A stretch of DNA of 64,000 nt from NCBI GenBank assembly GCA_000004985.1, contig GG738899.1, one strand, 5' to 3'. Source of the DNA: Naegleria gruberi. Its lineage: Eukaryota. The notes below the pieces were generated by a model. It was given only the letters and a program-made list of their open reading frames with translations. It was not told the DNA's origin and ran no database searches. Position numbers and translations under genes: made by a program. Below are positions 19,877 to 31,212 of this stretch, piece by piece; the stretch's first letter is position 1, and every line of letters begins with the position of its first letter.

Positions 19877-21763
19877 ATGATGATTCATCGTTTCCTCTTC
19901 CGAAGCAGCAATCCTTTAATATTTTGCATTCTATTCATCCTTGTTACTACTATTTTATTCTCCTCTCATCAAGGTACGATAAATTTTATTTAAATATTAA
20001 TTAATTAAATTAAATTAGCTTATTGTGATGAGAAGAATATTTTGATATTGTCATTACCATTTCCAGGCCATATTCGTCCGAATGTAGAGCTGATGGAATC
20101 CCTTTCAAATTCTCCAACTGTATCGAATATTACTTTGATGACTGTAAAGATTGGAATGATGGCTGATCCTAGATTGAAAAAGTGGTATTCTCAAGTGAAT
20201 GGTACAGACGCAGATAGAAAAGTTCATGTTGCAGTGATGGAGAGTGAGTCATTCTTATCTGAAAGTTCTGATCTTTCATATCTTTACAATGAAATGAGTA
20301 AGATTAGAGATTTGGATGTAATTGACCAATTCAAATTTACTTTCAATAGATTTATGATTCCATACGAACGTTTACTTATTCAAAGTTTGGAAATTGCTGA
20401 AGTTTTAAATGGAAAAGTTATTAATATTGTCCCATTGGAAGAACGTTTACAAAAATTAGCTAAAACTCCCCAAAAAGGTGTCAAGAGATTTATGAGAATT
20501 CGTAATGATCCATCTGAAACTCTATTCGATCAGGCAGTTGTCGATTTTGCTTTGATTTCAATGCAAGCTATCGTTGCTGGAGGAAATATTCCATGCACCA
20601 AGATTTATGCTGCCTACTTTAGACAATTCATGTTCCATTATCCAGCCATTTCGGTTGCTTCGATGGATTATTTCACAACCTACCCAAAGAGATTAATCAT
20701 GCCTTTCAAGGCCCTTAAAGACTTGTTCTTTATTACAGAATACATGGCCGGATTGGGTAGTTATTTTGAAATGGAAGAATTGGGAAAGAGTGATTATTCA
20801 TGTGCCTTGATTCAAACCACCAGTTTTGGATTCGAATATGCTTCAAGTAATGTGCAACAGTTTGGTGCTTTCCTTGTTGGTCCATTCATTAATGATAATC
20901 ACATTGCAAATGAAATTGACCATTTGAAACAATTGGCAGGCACCTCCAACGAAGTTTCCAATAAGTGGACAGAAACTTCTGGCTATGAAGGATTCTTTGA
21001 ATGGGTTGATGAACAACAAGATATCATGCTAATGATTCTTGGATCTACAATGGTTTTAGATGATAATATCATGGCCAAATTGATTAAGGGATTACAAATT
21101 GCCCTCCAAGAAAATCCAAACATTTCCATCATTACTGCATTTGGTCATATTAATATGGATCTTTTTGAAAAGTTGGCACAAACAAATGCTCCACTCGTTC
21201 AATCCGTACTGAACAATAAGAGATTCAAATTATTGAAGGGTTTCGTTCCTCAGAAAGCTTTAATGTCCATCGAGAAGGTCAAAATTTTCTTTACTCACTG
21301 TGGAGCTAACAGTGTAAATGAAGCTCTTTACTTTGGTAAATTGCTGATTGGATTCCCATATGCTTTCGATCAATGGAAGGTAGCTCATACTATTGAAGAA
21401 TTCCAACTTGGACGTGCCATCTATAAATCCAGAGAGGAATCTATGGTATGGAAATCAGAAAGTATTTCACAAGCCATTCACGAATTGCTCTACAATGAAG
21501 AAAAGAGAGAACTCTACAAAACCAAAGCAAGACACACCAAATCTCTCATGAGAAGATCAGGAGGCGTAAAGAGAGCTGCTGAAATTGTCGAAATGGTGTC
21601 GGAAGTTGATGGTGATCTCTCTTGGAAAATTGCAGACAAACACCTCACATGGTGGCAATACTATTGTCTTGATATTGTGTTAGTCTATTCATTCCTCATG
21701 TATCTTGTAGTCAAATTAGCATGCTTGCTTTGTTGCAACAGAAGAAAGGTAAAGAAGGAATAA
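19877..21763 (+). CDS. UDP-glycosyltransferase (GT1 family), signal peptide plus C-terminal TM anchor, 2 exons
   Basis: Exon 1 is 19877-19973 (MMIHRFLFRSSNPLIFCILFILVTTILFSSHQ, signal-like). The intron is GTACGA..TTAG of 45 nt. Exon 2 is 20019-21763. Splicing at 20018 keeps the conserved N-terminal GT1 motif NILILSLPFPGHIRP. The C-terminal signature THCGANSVNEALYFGKLLIGFPYAFDQWKVAHTIEE (HCGxxSxxE...DQ) is present. The terminal TM is VLVYSFLMYLVVKLACLL followed by a lysine-rich tail. Confidence 0.7.
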
Positions 21764-21810
21764 CATATCACTCTCCAAGCTCAATGACTGAATGGGATGA
21801 CTATGAAAGT

Positions 21811-23175
21811 TCAATAAATTAAAATCCAAACATTTCCATCTATACCTATTTCACATTTGAATTTAATAGACGTCAATTGTCTCTTATCCTTGTTGAATAC
21901 CTTGAATACAACTCCTTCAGATCCACATTCCAATACTGAAATGAAATCATACTCCTCCTTTAGATCTTTGTAATAAAAATTGAGAATTTCAACTGACTTT
22001 GCAAACTCTCCATGTAATTCGTTATATTTGCCGAGTATTTCTTTGTAATTATCGAAAGTTTTCTCATCTTCCAGCCATTTTGTGGCGAACAGCATCAACT
22101 GTTGGATTTCCTTTTCGGTATAAAATGATGTATCAAACTTTTCTGAAATATATTCCACAACGTACTTCAATTCTTTCACATTAGTTGAAACAGCAGGATT
22201 ATCTTCCATAAATTTATCCAATCTAAAACAAAATAAGTAATAATCAATACTGTCTTCTTGACTAACCTCAATGTTAGATTCTGAATTATTAACTCTCATT
22301 AATATTTGAAATATAATCAACTTTTCCACAAAGCTGGGTGAGTAGTTGCGGTTGAACTTGAACAGAGTCTTCTTTAGTTTTGGATTCATATTTGGCAATT
22401 CGATACAATAAAATAGTTCAGTTTCATCACTGAAATTTTGATATAACTCAATAATATTCCGTGATAATTTGGTTTGGAGATTGTAATGTTCAATAATTTG
22501 TGTTAGATCAGGTGAATATTCTCTTGCTTTTGGTAAATTTTGTTTTGATAATAAATAAATAAATTTGACATTTGACTTCAATGATTCGCTGGCATATATC
22601 AGAGAAAATGCATTTTTCTTAACAGATTCCAATACAATTTCTTCATCTTTTTTAAATATTTCATTGGTATAGTACAGAACTAATCCATTTTTCTTGACAG
22701 CTTCCAAAATAAATTCTCTATCTTTTCGTAACGATTCATTTGCAAAATTGAGTGAAAATTCATTCAATTCAATAGCTTCCAACAAAAACCCTCTATCCCT
22801 TCTCAATGTTGAATTGGCATAATTCAAAGAAAAGCTATACTTTCCAACAGCAGCCAACAATATCTCTCTATCTATCCTAAACGATTCGTCTACAATTTCA
22901 ATTACTGATCCGTCCTGTTGAACAGCTTCCAATGCCAATTCTCTATCCTTCTCCAAGTCAATGGCATATACCAGTGCAAATCCGTTTTTCCTAACTGCCA
23001 ACAATATAAATTCACGATCCTTCCGAAGTGAAATGTTTGCTTTCAAGAGACAAGAACAATCATTGCCAAAGGAGGGAATTTGTTGTAAAACGAATTGTTC
23101 ATTGGACTGGTAAAAGTTGGATTTATGAAAGTTAGTGATCAGAAAATGTTAAATACTAACCCATTGATTTTGCAT
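21811..23175 (-). CDS. DUF4116 repeat protein, 2 exons
   Basis: The track ORF starts at TTG. An upstream acceptor (ttttaccAG) at 23107-23109 joins a 15-nt first exon, 23161-23175 (ATGCAAAATCAATGG, MQNQW), through a 54-nt GTTAGT..CAG intron. The main exon, 21811-23106, carries 8 or more repeats of about 25 aa (KDREFILEAVKKNGLVLYYTNEIFKKD...), the DUF4116 pattern. Stop at 21811-21813. Confidence 0.55.
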
Positions 23176-23532
23176 TTTTTTCAAGTTGACCTAGTTGTTT
23201 ATTCAACCAATTCATGATAGGTTACCACTTGGTAACAAATTATGTTGTGCTGATAGAATTGATTGGTGGAATATTTACTACGGCGAATTAAATGGTAAAC
23301 TCCCCTAATTGATCAATTTCCTGCTGTTTTCACAAACTTGGTAAGACGAGATCGCATCTCTGAATACAATCCTAGCTCAAATTTAAAAGACATGCCAAAA
23401 CCATGTTTCCATGATGCATGCATCCAATTACATGTTTGCTTGTTGGTAACCATGTATCACAAACTTGATGGCCACACATTTTCATGCTCCATGAAAAGTG
23501 ATTTGTCATCAAAAATACATGCTCGCCCAAAG

Positions 23533-23880
23533 CTAATCACCAACTGCCTCTTGCAAGATGGCAAATATGACATGCAAAAGACCAGGTACGTAGCACAACA
23601 TGGTCAGCATGGCACAAACAACAATCTGTCTCACCTTCTCTCCCTTCTCCATTGGGTGCTTGAGATGGAATCTTAACAAGATCCCCATCGCCAAAGGAGG
23701 AAACAGGATAGCTGTCGTTAGCAACATTAAAGAGCAAGATGATGAGCCAGAATTTTCATCCTCCTTCCTCGAGGATGAATTCTTAGCCTTCCTAATTTCA
23801 TCATCAGATGATGCTGATGAGGGAATATTTACTATTACAACGCCTCCTCCTCCACTGCCAACACTACTTCCCTCTGTCAT
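23533..23880 (-). CDS. Pmp3/UPF0057-family proteolipid membrane protein with a Ser/Gly-rich N-terminal extension
   Basis: 115-aa ORF with ATG at 23878-23880 on the minus strand. The C-terminal 65 aa (LMLLTTAILFPPLAMGILLRF...VVCAMLTMLCYVPGLLHVIFAIL) matches the two-TM Pmp3 pattern (ILLPPLGVFL...LLGYIPGIIHAIY). The overlapping plus-strand ORFs here are judged spurious. Confidence 0.5.
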   Translation of the reverse strand: MTEGSSVGSGGGGVVIVNIPSSASSDDEIRKAKNSSSRKEDENSGSSSCSLMLLTTAILFPPLAMGILLRFHLKHPMEKGEKVRQIVVCAMLTMLCYVPGLLHVIFAILQEAVGD

Positions 23881-24411
23881 GTAGTAGTGATTTCTGGTTG
23901 ATATTCCTCTCTCTGTTTATTTACACCACCAGTTCTTGGATGATTACCGAATATTCGTTTTGTGTTCTTTGAAAAATCAGAGTGTACGCTGCTGAAAACT
24001 TTTGTATTTTTTTTGAGGTGCGCACTGGAGTAGAATGGAAACGAGGCTACAAATGGCATGCTCGGGTTGACTTTTGTGGACTGGTATGAAATATTGTAGT
24101 GGCCACCACTTTACAACTCATTTGCATAATACTGTAATAGTACTTAATGAGCTTGAGGTACTTTTATGAAACCTTTTGCTTGTTGGGAGTAGATACAATC
24201 CACGAATGTAAGAGTAGAGAATATTTGGAAAGCAAAAAATTTGAAGTTTTACAATAGTTTACAATTTGTGAATTTACAAAAATTGGAAAGACGTTCCAAA
24301 CATCTTTCAAATCTCAAGTGATCGTTGGAGTGCAAAGGTATCAGTGATGCTGCAGGGTATTATTATTTTACAAGAGTCAAAAATGTTACTTTGGATCAAA
24401 GAAATATCAAA

Positions 24412-24927
24412 TCATTTTAGGAAGGAGGTGGAATAGGAAACAGACATTTGATATTTTGTTTGGTAATGGTTATTGTTACAATACGTCAATGAGTTAGCAA
24501 ATGCAGTTGTAGAGGCAGCAGAAGTATAATAACTGGAGGTAGTTGTTTGAGGAATCACTGCAAGTACATCTGCAGAAGATCGTTTGGTTCTCTTAGATTG
24601 TTTGTTCTTCTTTGGTTGTGCAGTGTTGGCATTTGAATTTGATTGAAGTAAATTCTCGAGGAAGGAACACACCATACTATCATCTTCAATATTGGTAACA
24701 TCCATAGATCCCTTTCTCTTTCTCTTTTTAGAAGAGTTTGAATCAGTCTTCATTGAAATATCTGAATCAGTTGTTCCTAACTCTAGTGAGCCGTTGCTGT
24801 TGGTGTTATTACAAAATAATTGTGGTGGAGATGAAAGGTTCAAGGAAGGAGAGTAAAGTGTCACCAAACAGTTTTGAGAAGGTGTAACTCCTTCGTTGCA
24901 ATGAAAGTTATCGTCCCATGATCTCAT
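24412..24927 (-). CDS. hypothetical Ser/Asn/Thr-rich protein with basic KKRKRK motif (possible nuclear protein)
   Basis: 171-aa ORF with ATG at 24925-24927 on the minus strand. Low complexity. Contains SKKRKRKGS and KKNKQSKRTKRS basic clusters. No recognisable domain. Confidence 0.35.
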   Translation of the reverse strand: MRSWDDNFHCNEGVTPSQNCLVTLYSPSLNLSSPPQLFCNNTNSNGSLELGTTDSDISMKTDSNSSKKRKRKGSMDVTNIEDDSMVCSFLENLLQSNSNANTAQPKKNKQSKRTKRSSADVLAVIPQTTTSSYYTSAASTTAFANSLTYCNNNHYQTKYQMSVSYSTSFLK

Positions 24928-27111
24928 TCTTCAATTAACTGTAGGTTGTTTGGAATTGTTTCTGTTCGGTTTGGTTTGAGTCCAATTTTTTGATGTTGAG
25001 TTATTCGTAAAAGAATCAATCTTCTTTCTAATCGAATCGTGTTATTAATAAATGTGTGCAGCAATTCAATGAAAGATGAGAAGGTTGATAAAGTTGATTG
25101 TCCAATATTGATCAACTTCTGTTTGTGAGTATTGTTCTTTTTTTGAGAATGTATTCATAATGTAAAAAGATTCATGCTTTTTCAATGTGCAAGAAATGTT
25201 ATTGTGAAAAACCAGATGAAGCAGATAGAATCGTGCATTGACAAACAAGTCATTTTTCTGTAAAAGGGTATTGAAATGGTAAAATATTGATAATACGAGC
25301 AGTTCATGTACTAGCTTGAAATGGTCTTTGGTTGATGCCGTACATTCATAAAATGAAAAACACTATCATTAAAAAAATTCATGAATTCATCTCATCATGT
25401 ACCTATAAACAATATTGGCATTAGCATGTTGACAATCATTAGACGGCATACCAATTATTGTACCAAGAATATTTCAGATAAATATCATAATCAGTGAGAT
25501 TAAAAAGTGTAACTTTTCGATATGTATTTCCATATGTTAACATGGAGAAGAATAATTTGTAAGAATTATTTGTTGTTGTTGCCTCCTCGGTGTATGAGTT
25601 TACAATTCATAATAACCGTAGTTATCTTGTTGTTGTAAATCTTGTTGTTAATTTCTGTAGATGATGTACACAGACGATGTAATGTTTGAAGGATGTGGTA
25701 AAATCACGTTGGTTGATGATACTAAACTATTGTCCTTCTTTTTGTTTAAACAACACCATGCTGTTTCAAAAATCAGTATTGATTTTGTTCTTGTTGTTGT
25801 GTAAACTTTTCTATTATTTTTGTCATCCTTCACAAAGTTTTCTAGTGACAATCAAATTTTTCTTTCAACGAAATCTCTCAGGGTTGATCTGGTACTAACC
25901 ACTTTCATCAAGATAGGAAGTTGAATTAGTGCATTTTTTTTAATTTTGCTTCAATTCAACCGCCACAAAATGTCATCTTGTTAAACAAGGCCAGACAAAA
26001 ATCTTGCTTACCCAGTGCTGATCTGATACTGCCAGATTGCTTGTGTGCTTTTCACAACTTTAAATGTATTATCTAAAGATGTCGTGTACTATTATTGGAT
26101 GCTCTTTTGGGGAACCATAGATTTTAAAGGGTGAATACGTCAGTAGCAATTTGTAATTCCATATTGCCATTCGAGTTCGTTAATTGGCGCGACACATGGA
26201 CTGTGTGTGAGTTCTTCAAAATCTACAACTGTAGTAATTGATAATACATTCAATAAAGAAAGAAGCACAATGGGGTAGGACAATGGACAATCTTCAAACC
26301 GAAACTAATTTTGTAAATTTTTACAATTTTGCATTGTAACAAAATGCACTACAGCAGTCGCGACATTCTGTCCATTAATATTATAATAATAAAATTGTAA
26401 TGTGGCAACCAATCTCAGTATCTGGTATCGTCGTGATAGCATGTTAAAGAAGGTTTCTGCCTTAAATTTGAGATTTCTAAACAGAGTACCATTCACCTGT
26501 TTAATGAAACAGCTGTTTCGTACATTATTTTCAATGAGGAAGTCACTCAATCATTCCTATTTCAATTATTCGAACAGTTAACGACAGCATTAATGAATAC
26601 TCCTTCCTCAAAACCTCACCCATCAAAAATATTATAAATATCTTTGCATCGTCATAATCGGCCAAACTATTAACTTCTTAATATTACCAATAAGCAACAA
26701 CAAGAATCTAACGATTAAAAATCCATTCATCCGAGACTATTTGTTCTCTTCCAAGTTAACATTCGAAGGAGAAAAATCTCATTTCCTTTGCCACATGTTT
26801 TCATCATCATCAGCAACCAATTCGGCACAAGGCAAACAACGGCGTATTTCGTGATGAATAGTATCTTTGCCTCATTTGCGTGTTTGTGTTGCCTTTCTAA
26901 AAGTGTTGTAGAAAACGCGCCATTTTTTTAAGCAGGCAAAAAATTTAGGCTTTACACTTCCACTTTACGCTGGAGAACTTGTGAGTCTTCCAAATTTATC
27001 AATTAAAAAAAAGTGAGAACAGACGTATTCAACAATTCTGTTAGAGATCTCTTCTGTGCTTTGATACAACCACAAAGAAGAAAATTTTCGTCTCGAGATA
27101 ATTTAATTATA

Positions 27112-27747
27112 ATGAATGGTCAATCATTTGTGGTGATGACTAACAAGTCAAACAATGAACAACAATGGAATGAAAAGTGTTTATTTCGATCCTTGATACA
27201 CGATGAGGATATTTCGAATGTATTAATACATGATGAAGAGGAGGAAATGAATGATACATTGAGTCATGATGGTTGCTTAGCAATAGAGGATGGAATGGAA
27301 GAGGAATTATTTGATAATGTATTCTTTTTCAATGTGACGATGAAATTGAATGGTAAAATATTGTCCTGTGGAGTTTCCTTCTGTGATACTAATCAGGTCA
27401 ACCAGAGGAAGGACTCGTATATAATACTCACGACTGATATGATACCAATGAGTGACTCCATTTCGATACATCAGCTGTGTCTGTACATACCAGAAATCAT
27501 TCTCAATTATTCACATATGAAATACAAGTGCAATAACTTGCATATTGTCATTGAAATGAAACAAGCAAACCAAACAATAGAAATACAAATGAATTGCCAA
27601 ACAGAATGCATCTATTCAGAGCTTCTACCACTCAACAATGTAAATATTACGACCACCAACACGGTCAACAAGGATGGAAGGACGCTGCCACTATTACAAC
27701 TCAGACTGATGCAAACCCGTCTTCCTCTTTCATGGTCGGTTGATTAA
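27112..27747 (+). CDS. hypothetical protein (211 aa from first ATG)
   Basis: The track ORF 27013-27747 starts at GTG. The first in-frame ATG is 27112 (MNGQSFVVMTN...). Acidic stretch DEEEEMND. No recognisable domain. Confidence 0.3.
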   Translation: MNGQSFVVMTNKSNNEQQWNEKCLFRSLIHDEDISNVLIHDEEEEMNDTLSHDGCLAIEDGMEEELFDNVFFFNVTMKLNGKILSCGVSFCDTNQVNQRKDSYIILTTDMIPMSDSISIHQLCLYIPEIILNYSHMKYKCNNLHIVIEMKQANQTIEIQMNCQTECIYSELLPLNNVNITTTNTVNKDGRTLPLLQLRLMQTRLPLSWSVD

Positions 27748-27928
27748 TCACCTTCCCTAAATAACTATAATAAACCCTGAATAATTGTTTTGTAATGTAG
27801 ATCTGCATTTTCGCTCTTCCAAACCGAATACTACCACTTGCCAAGTATGGCAACACAATCTATTCATTTTCAAAAAAGTTACACCTTCTAAATACATAAA
27901 TGTAAAGGATATGGTTTTAATTTGGTAT

Positions 27929-29839
27929 TTAGTATGAACTTGCGAGTTTAGAATGCAATGCTTCGGCCATCATTTTGCCCTTGTTGTGAATTCTCTTGCC
28001 TTCGAGATATAAAATTGCTTCTAAATAAGTGTCTGGAACGACTTTGTAAACTATTGGTGAGTTGAATGCAAAGTGGAAAATGTTACAAAGCATCTTCTTT
28101 TGAGTTGGTGGATCCAAGACCCAAATTTCACATCGAATTTCCAATGATTTTTCACCAGCATAGACAATTTGTGAAGTGAATTCGACAACACTTCCTACTT
28201 CAACTGGACGTAAGAAACTGTTTTCATTCAAGGCAAGGAAAACTGGTTTGTGTTTAGTGAACATGTATGCAGTCAAGAATCCCAACTCATAGGCCTCTAT
28301 TTTAGTTCAATAAATTCCAAATTTCAAAAATTCCACAATATTAATTCCATAAATATATTATAATGGATTTGAGTAAAATTAAAAATATAAATTAACAATT
28401 AAAACATACCCTTCAAGAGGAAACCACCAAAGATTTTTCCATGAATATTTCTATTAGTTGGATGCATAATCTTAATATTGCTTTGACGAGTTGTTGCCAT
28501 TGGCATGCAAGCTTGAGGTTCTCCTCCATCCAAGGATAATTGGTGGACAGTGAGACAGTTTGGATTTGAATTATCAAAGTCAGTTGTGATTTGTGGTTGC
28601 TTCATCTTTTGAAGGAAAATATCGTGAATGAGTAATCTTTCTTCATCACTTGGTGGCTTCTTCATGAGACTTAGGTCGCTCATTAATTTTCTTCTTGTTT
28701 GATTTTCCTTACCAATTTCGAACAAAATCTTATCCTCTTGAGTGTCTGGACTAATACTGTGAACAACAGTGGACTTGTTGGAGGACTTGTCCAAGGCAAC
28801 CATGACGAAATAAGCAACCATGACAAGATCTCTTTGTTCACTCAATCCATTATTTGTGAAAGTATTGCTGTACAATGAGCTATCACTTGTTGGTGAGTCC
28901 TTCTTCAAACTGTGAACTTCAATTCTGATTTCCATACTAGATTTACCAGTACATGTAACTTTACCAACAATTTCCAAATCAAAGAAAGGAATAATTGGCT
29001 TTTGTAATTCAATTCTATCGATGGCTGCAGTGACAATGGTCAAAGGTCTTCTCTTATCAAAACCATCGGAGTGTTTATAAGCTACTTCTCCTGCAAGAGC
29101 ATCCAAATCTTCCAACTATTTTTCAATATATATGAATTCCAAATGTTAACATTGATTATTAGTAATATTTCAAATAGATATATAATAATAATATTAATAA
29201 TATTGTTAATGATATTATTCACATAATTTGATAGTAAAATAAAAACTTACAAGACGACCAATTCTCATTCCATTAAAAGCATTCATATAGATATCTCTCA
29301 ATTTAGAATCGGTAGAGAATGGCAATTTAATAACAACTTCACTTTCCTTTGGTGATTTTGACTTGATTTCGAAAGGCTTTTCCTCAGCAGGTTGTCCATT
29401 ATTTAACATTTCATTCATGTGATCTTCTTGTTGTTGAGAGAGGTATCTTCTTTCAAATCTGTGCTTGTTCAAATGATAATCAATACTTTAACATTATTCC
29501 GAAATAATATATTAATAGTAATAATAATAATAATAATGTAAAATCATCGTGATCATCCACAATTAATCCGATCATTAGAGAGAAGTAGAATAATATTAAC
29601 CAATAATCCGTAATGATCAAGATATATCAAAAAGGATTGAAAATAACCTACTCTTTAGCGACTCTTACAGACAAGGATTCGGCATCTTGTACTTCTGTTT
29701 CTTGAGTTTGATTTCTCATCAATTGATTGGAGTGATAACAGCCCTTTGATGATGCTGAGAATCTCACCACCAACAACGAACATGAGGAAGAACCAATTCT
29801 TCTTGTGGCTCTTGAAAGTGTTGAAGTGAATGATTTCAT
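27929..29839 (-). CDS. acyl-CoA thioesterase, double hotdog-fold (ACOT9-like), putative mitochondrial presequence, 4 exons
   Basis: Exons on the minus strand are 29839-29669 (MKSFTSTLSRATRRIGSS... presequence-like), 29463-29251, 29115-28410 and 28296-27929. Introns are GTAAGA/GTAAGT/GTATGT to AG of about 205, 135 and 113 nt. Splicing joins four separate track ORFs into one frame with two hotdog modules (IHGKIFGGFLLK|EAYELGFLTAYMF; SMEIRIEVHS...VMVAYFVMVAL). The first intron's acceptor (caAG at 29464) is the least certain. Confidence 0.6.
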
Positions 29840-29984
29840 TTTTTTAAATTCTAATTTTAAATAATTTTAAGGAAAAATATTCTTTTTTTCATATTTATTT
29901 GAATTGAAATAATATCAACATGAAATTTACATTAAGAAAAACTATTTTTAAGACAAAATTGATTGAAAATTTGAGCATGTTAAC

Positions 29985-30692
29985 TTAAAGTGATTTGGAA
30001 GGTGTTGGTGCACGGGTCAATCTTAAATACCATTCAACAAATAAACATGAAGTCACCCAACCAGCAATGAATTCGAAAGCAAAGAGTTTGTGAGCTGTGG
30101 CAGTAACTAACCAAGCATCTGGAGCACAGAGGACATTCTTTGCAATGGTGACCAAAATTCTCATGTAGAAGACTCCAAAACAAAGAGCCCACATTCTACA
30201 AGCCCATTCTCTATGAGCTGCAAAGTCCTTTCTTCTAGCACTTTCGAATGATTTGTAAATACACACCAAGGTATAAGGTGCAAACACAAATGTTGCCAAT
30301 TGACACAAAATACCCATCTTGGAGGTCAAAACCAGCAAGATTGAAGAGATGACCGAAACAACAGCACTCACAAATGTAATCTGACCTAACAATTTGTGAA
30401 CTTTTCCACCAACCATCTTTCTCATCACACCCAACAATTGGAAAGGAGACAAAACAAAGACCACTCCTCCACAAACCACATGTCCCAAAAACAATGCATA
30501 CTTGACCAATCCACTCTCATGATAGGCCTTAAACCACTTATCATAAAATCCCTCTCCCAAACTCTCTGTTGTGCTGGCTCTATGATAGCTATCACTGTAC
30601 ATCATCAGACAATGAATGCCGAAATAGAGAGAGGCCAATGTCATTAAACTCCACAAGGAATAAGAAGCAACCGAAGATAAAAAAGCTTTCAT
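29985..30692 (-). CDS. uncharacterised multi-pass membrane protein (about 6 TM helices)
   Basis: 235-aa ORF with ATG at 30690-30692 on the minus strand. Several hydrophobic helices (LWSLMTLASLYFGIHCLMMY; VVCGGVVFVLSPFQLLGV; VVSVISSILLVLTS; LATFVFAPYTLVCIY; MWALCFGVFYMRILV). No confident family. Confidence 0.45.
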   Translation of the reverse strand: MKAFLSSVASYSLWSLMTLASLYFGIHCLMMYSDSYHRASTTESLGEGFYDKWFKAYHESGLVKYALFLGHVVCGGVVFVLSPFQLLGVMRKMVGGKVHKLLGQITFVSAVVSVISSILLVLTSKMGILCQLATFVFAPYTLVCIYKSFESARRKDFAAHREWACRMWALCFGVFYMRILVTIAKNVLCAPDAWLVTATAHKLFAFEFIAGWVTSCLFVEWYLRLTRAPTPSKSL

Positions 30693-31212
30693 TTCTGGTT
30701 ATTTGCTTGGATTATAGCAGTGTAGTTGTTTTTTTTGAATGTTACAAATGCAATGAGAATGTTGGTGCAAGGTTAGGTGGTGATTTAGTTGGTTTTCACA
30801 CAGAGTGCCAAAAGGTAAGTAGTTGTTGGTCGATTCGAAGATGATCCAACAACTCCTTAATTTCCCCGTTTGGAGCATATTAATAAGATCAATGAGATTA
30901 CAATAAAAATTGTCCGCATCGTTGACTAATATCTTGTGTTGTGAAAAATAATGATGGTTGTGAAAATAATTGACTCGATTTCAAAGAACACATAGGATTC
31001 ATTCGTTGATGATGCACTTTTTGTTAAGGCAAGTCAACAAGAGTTCCTAAGAGGATGATGTTTCTCAATGCCGTGAACAAACCTTTGTTATTGAGTATCA
31101 ATTATTATAAATTGAGATGGTAACCAAGTCGAAACCAATTTCCTTTTAGGTAATTTAAAAACAACTTTTGGTCATTGCCTATCAAACAATCCAATTAGAA
31201 AAAAAATCATTG

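Noticed and set aside
23338-23884. Plus-strand ORFs 23338-23676 and 23600-23884 and minus ORF 23537-23737 overlapping the Pmp3-like gene
   Set aside because: They overlap one another in different frames and lack domain signatures. The minus-strand 23533-23880 frame alone shows a recognisable two-TM Pmp3 fold, and the others are treated as antisense or out-of-frame shadows.
25648-26550. Small ORFs 25648-25851 minus, 25686-25898 plus and 26305-26550 minus in the ORF-free tract
   Set aside because: They are short, have no splice-compatible neighbours in frame, and translate to low-complexity sequence without motifs. The tract is reported as an unexplained non-coding interval.
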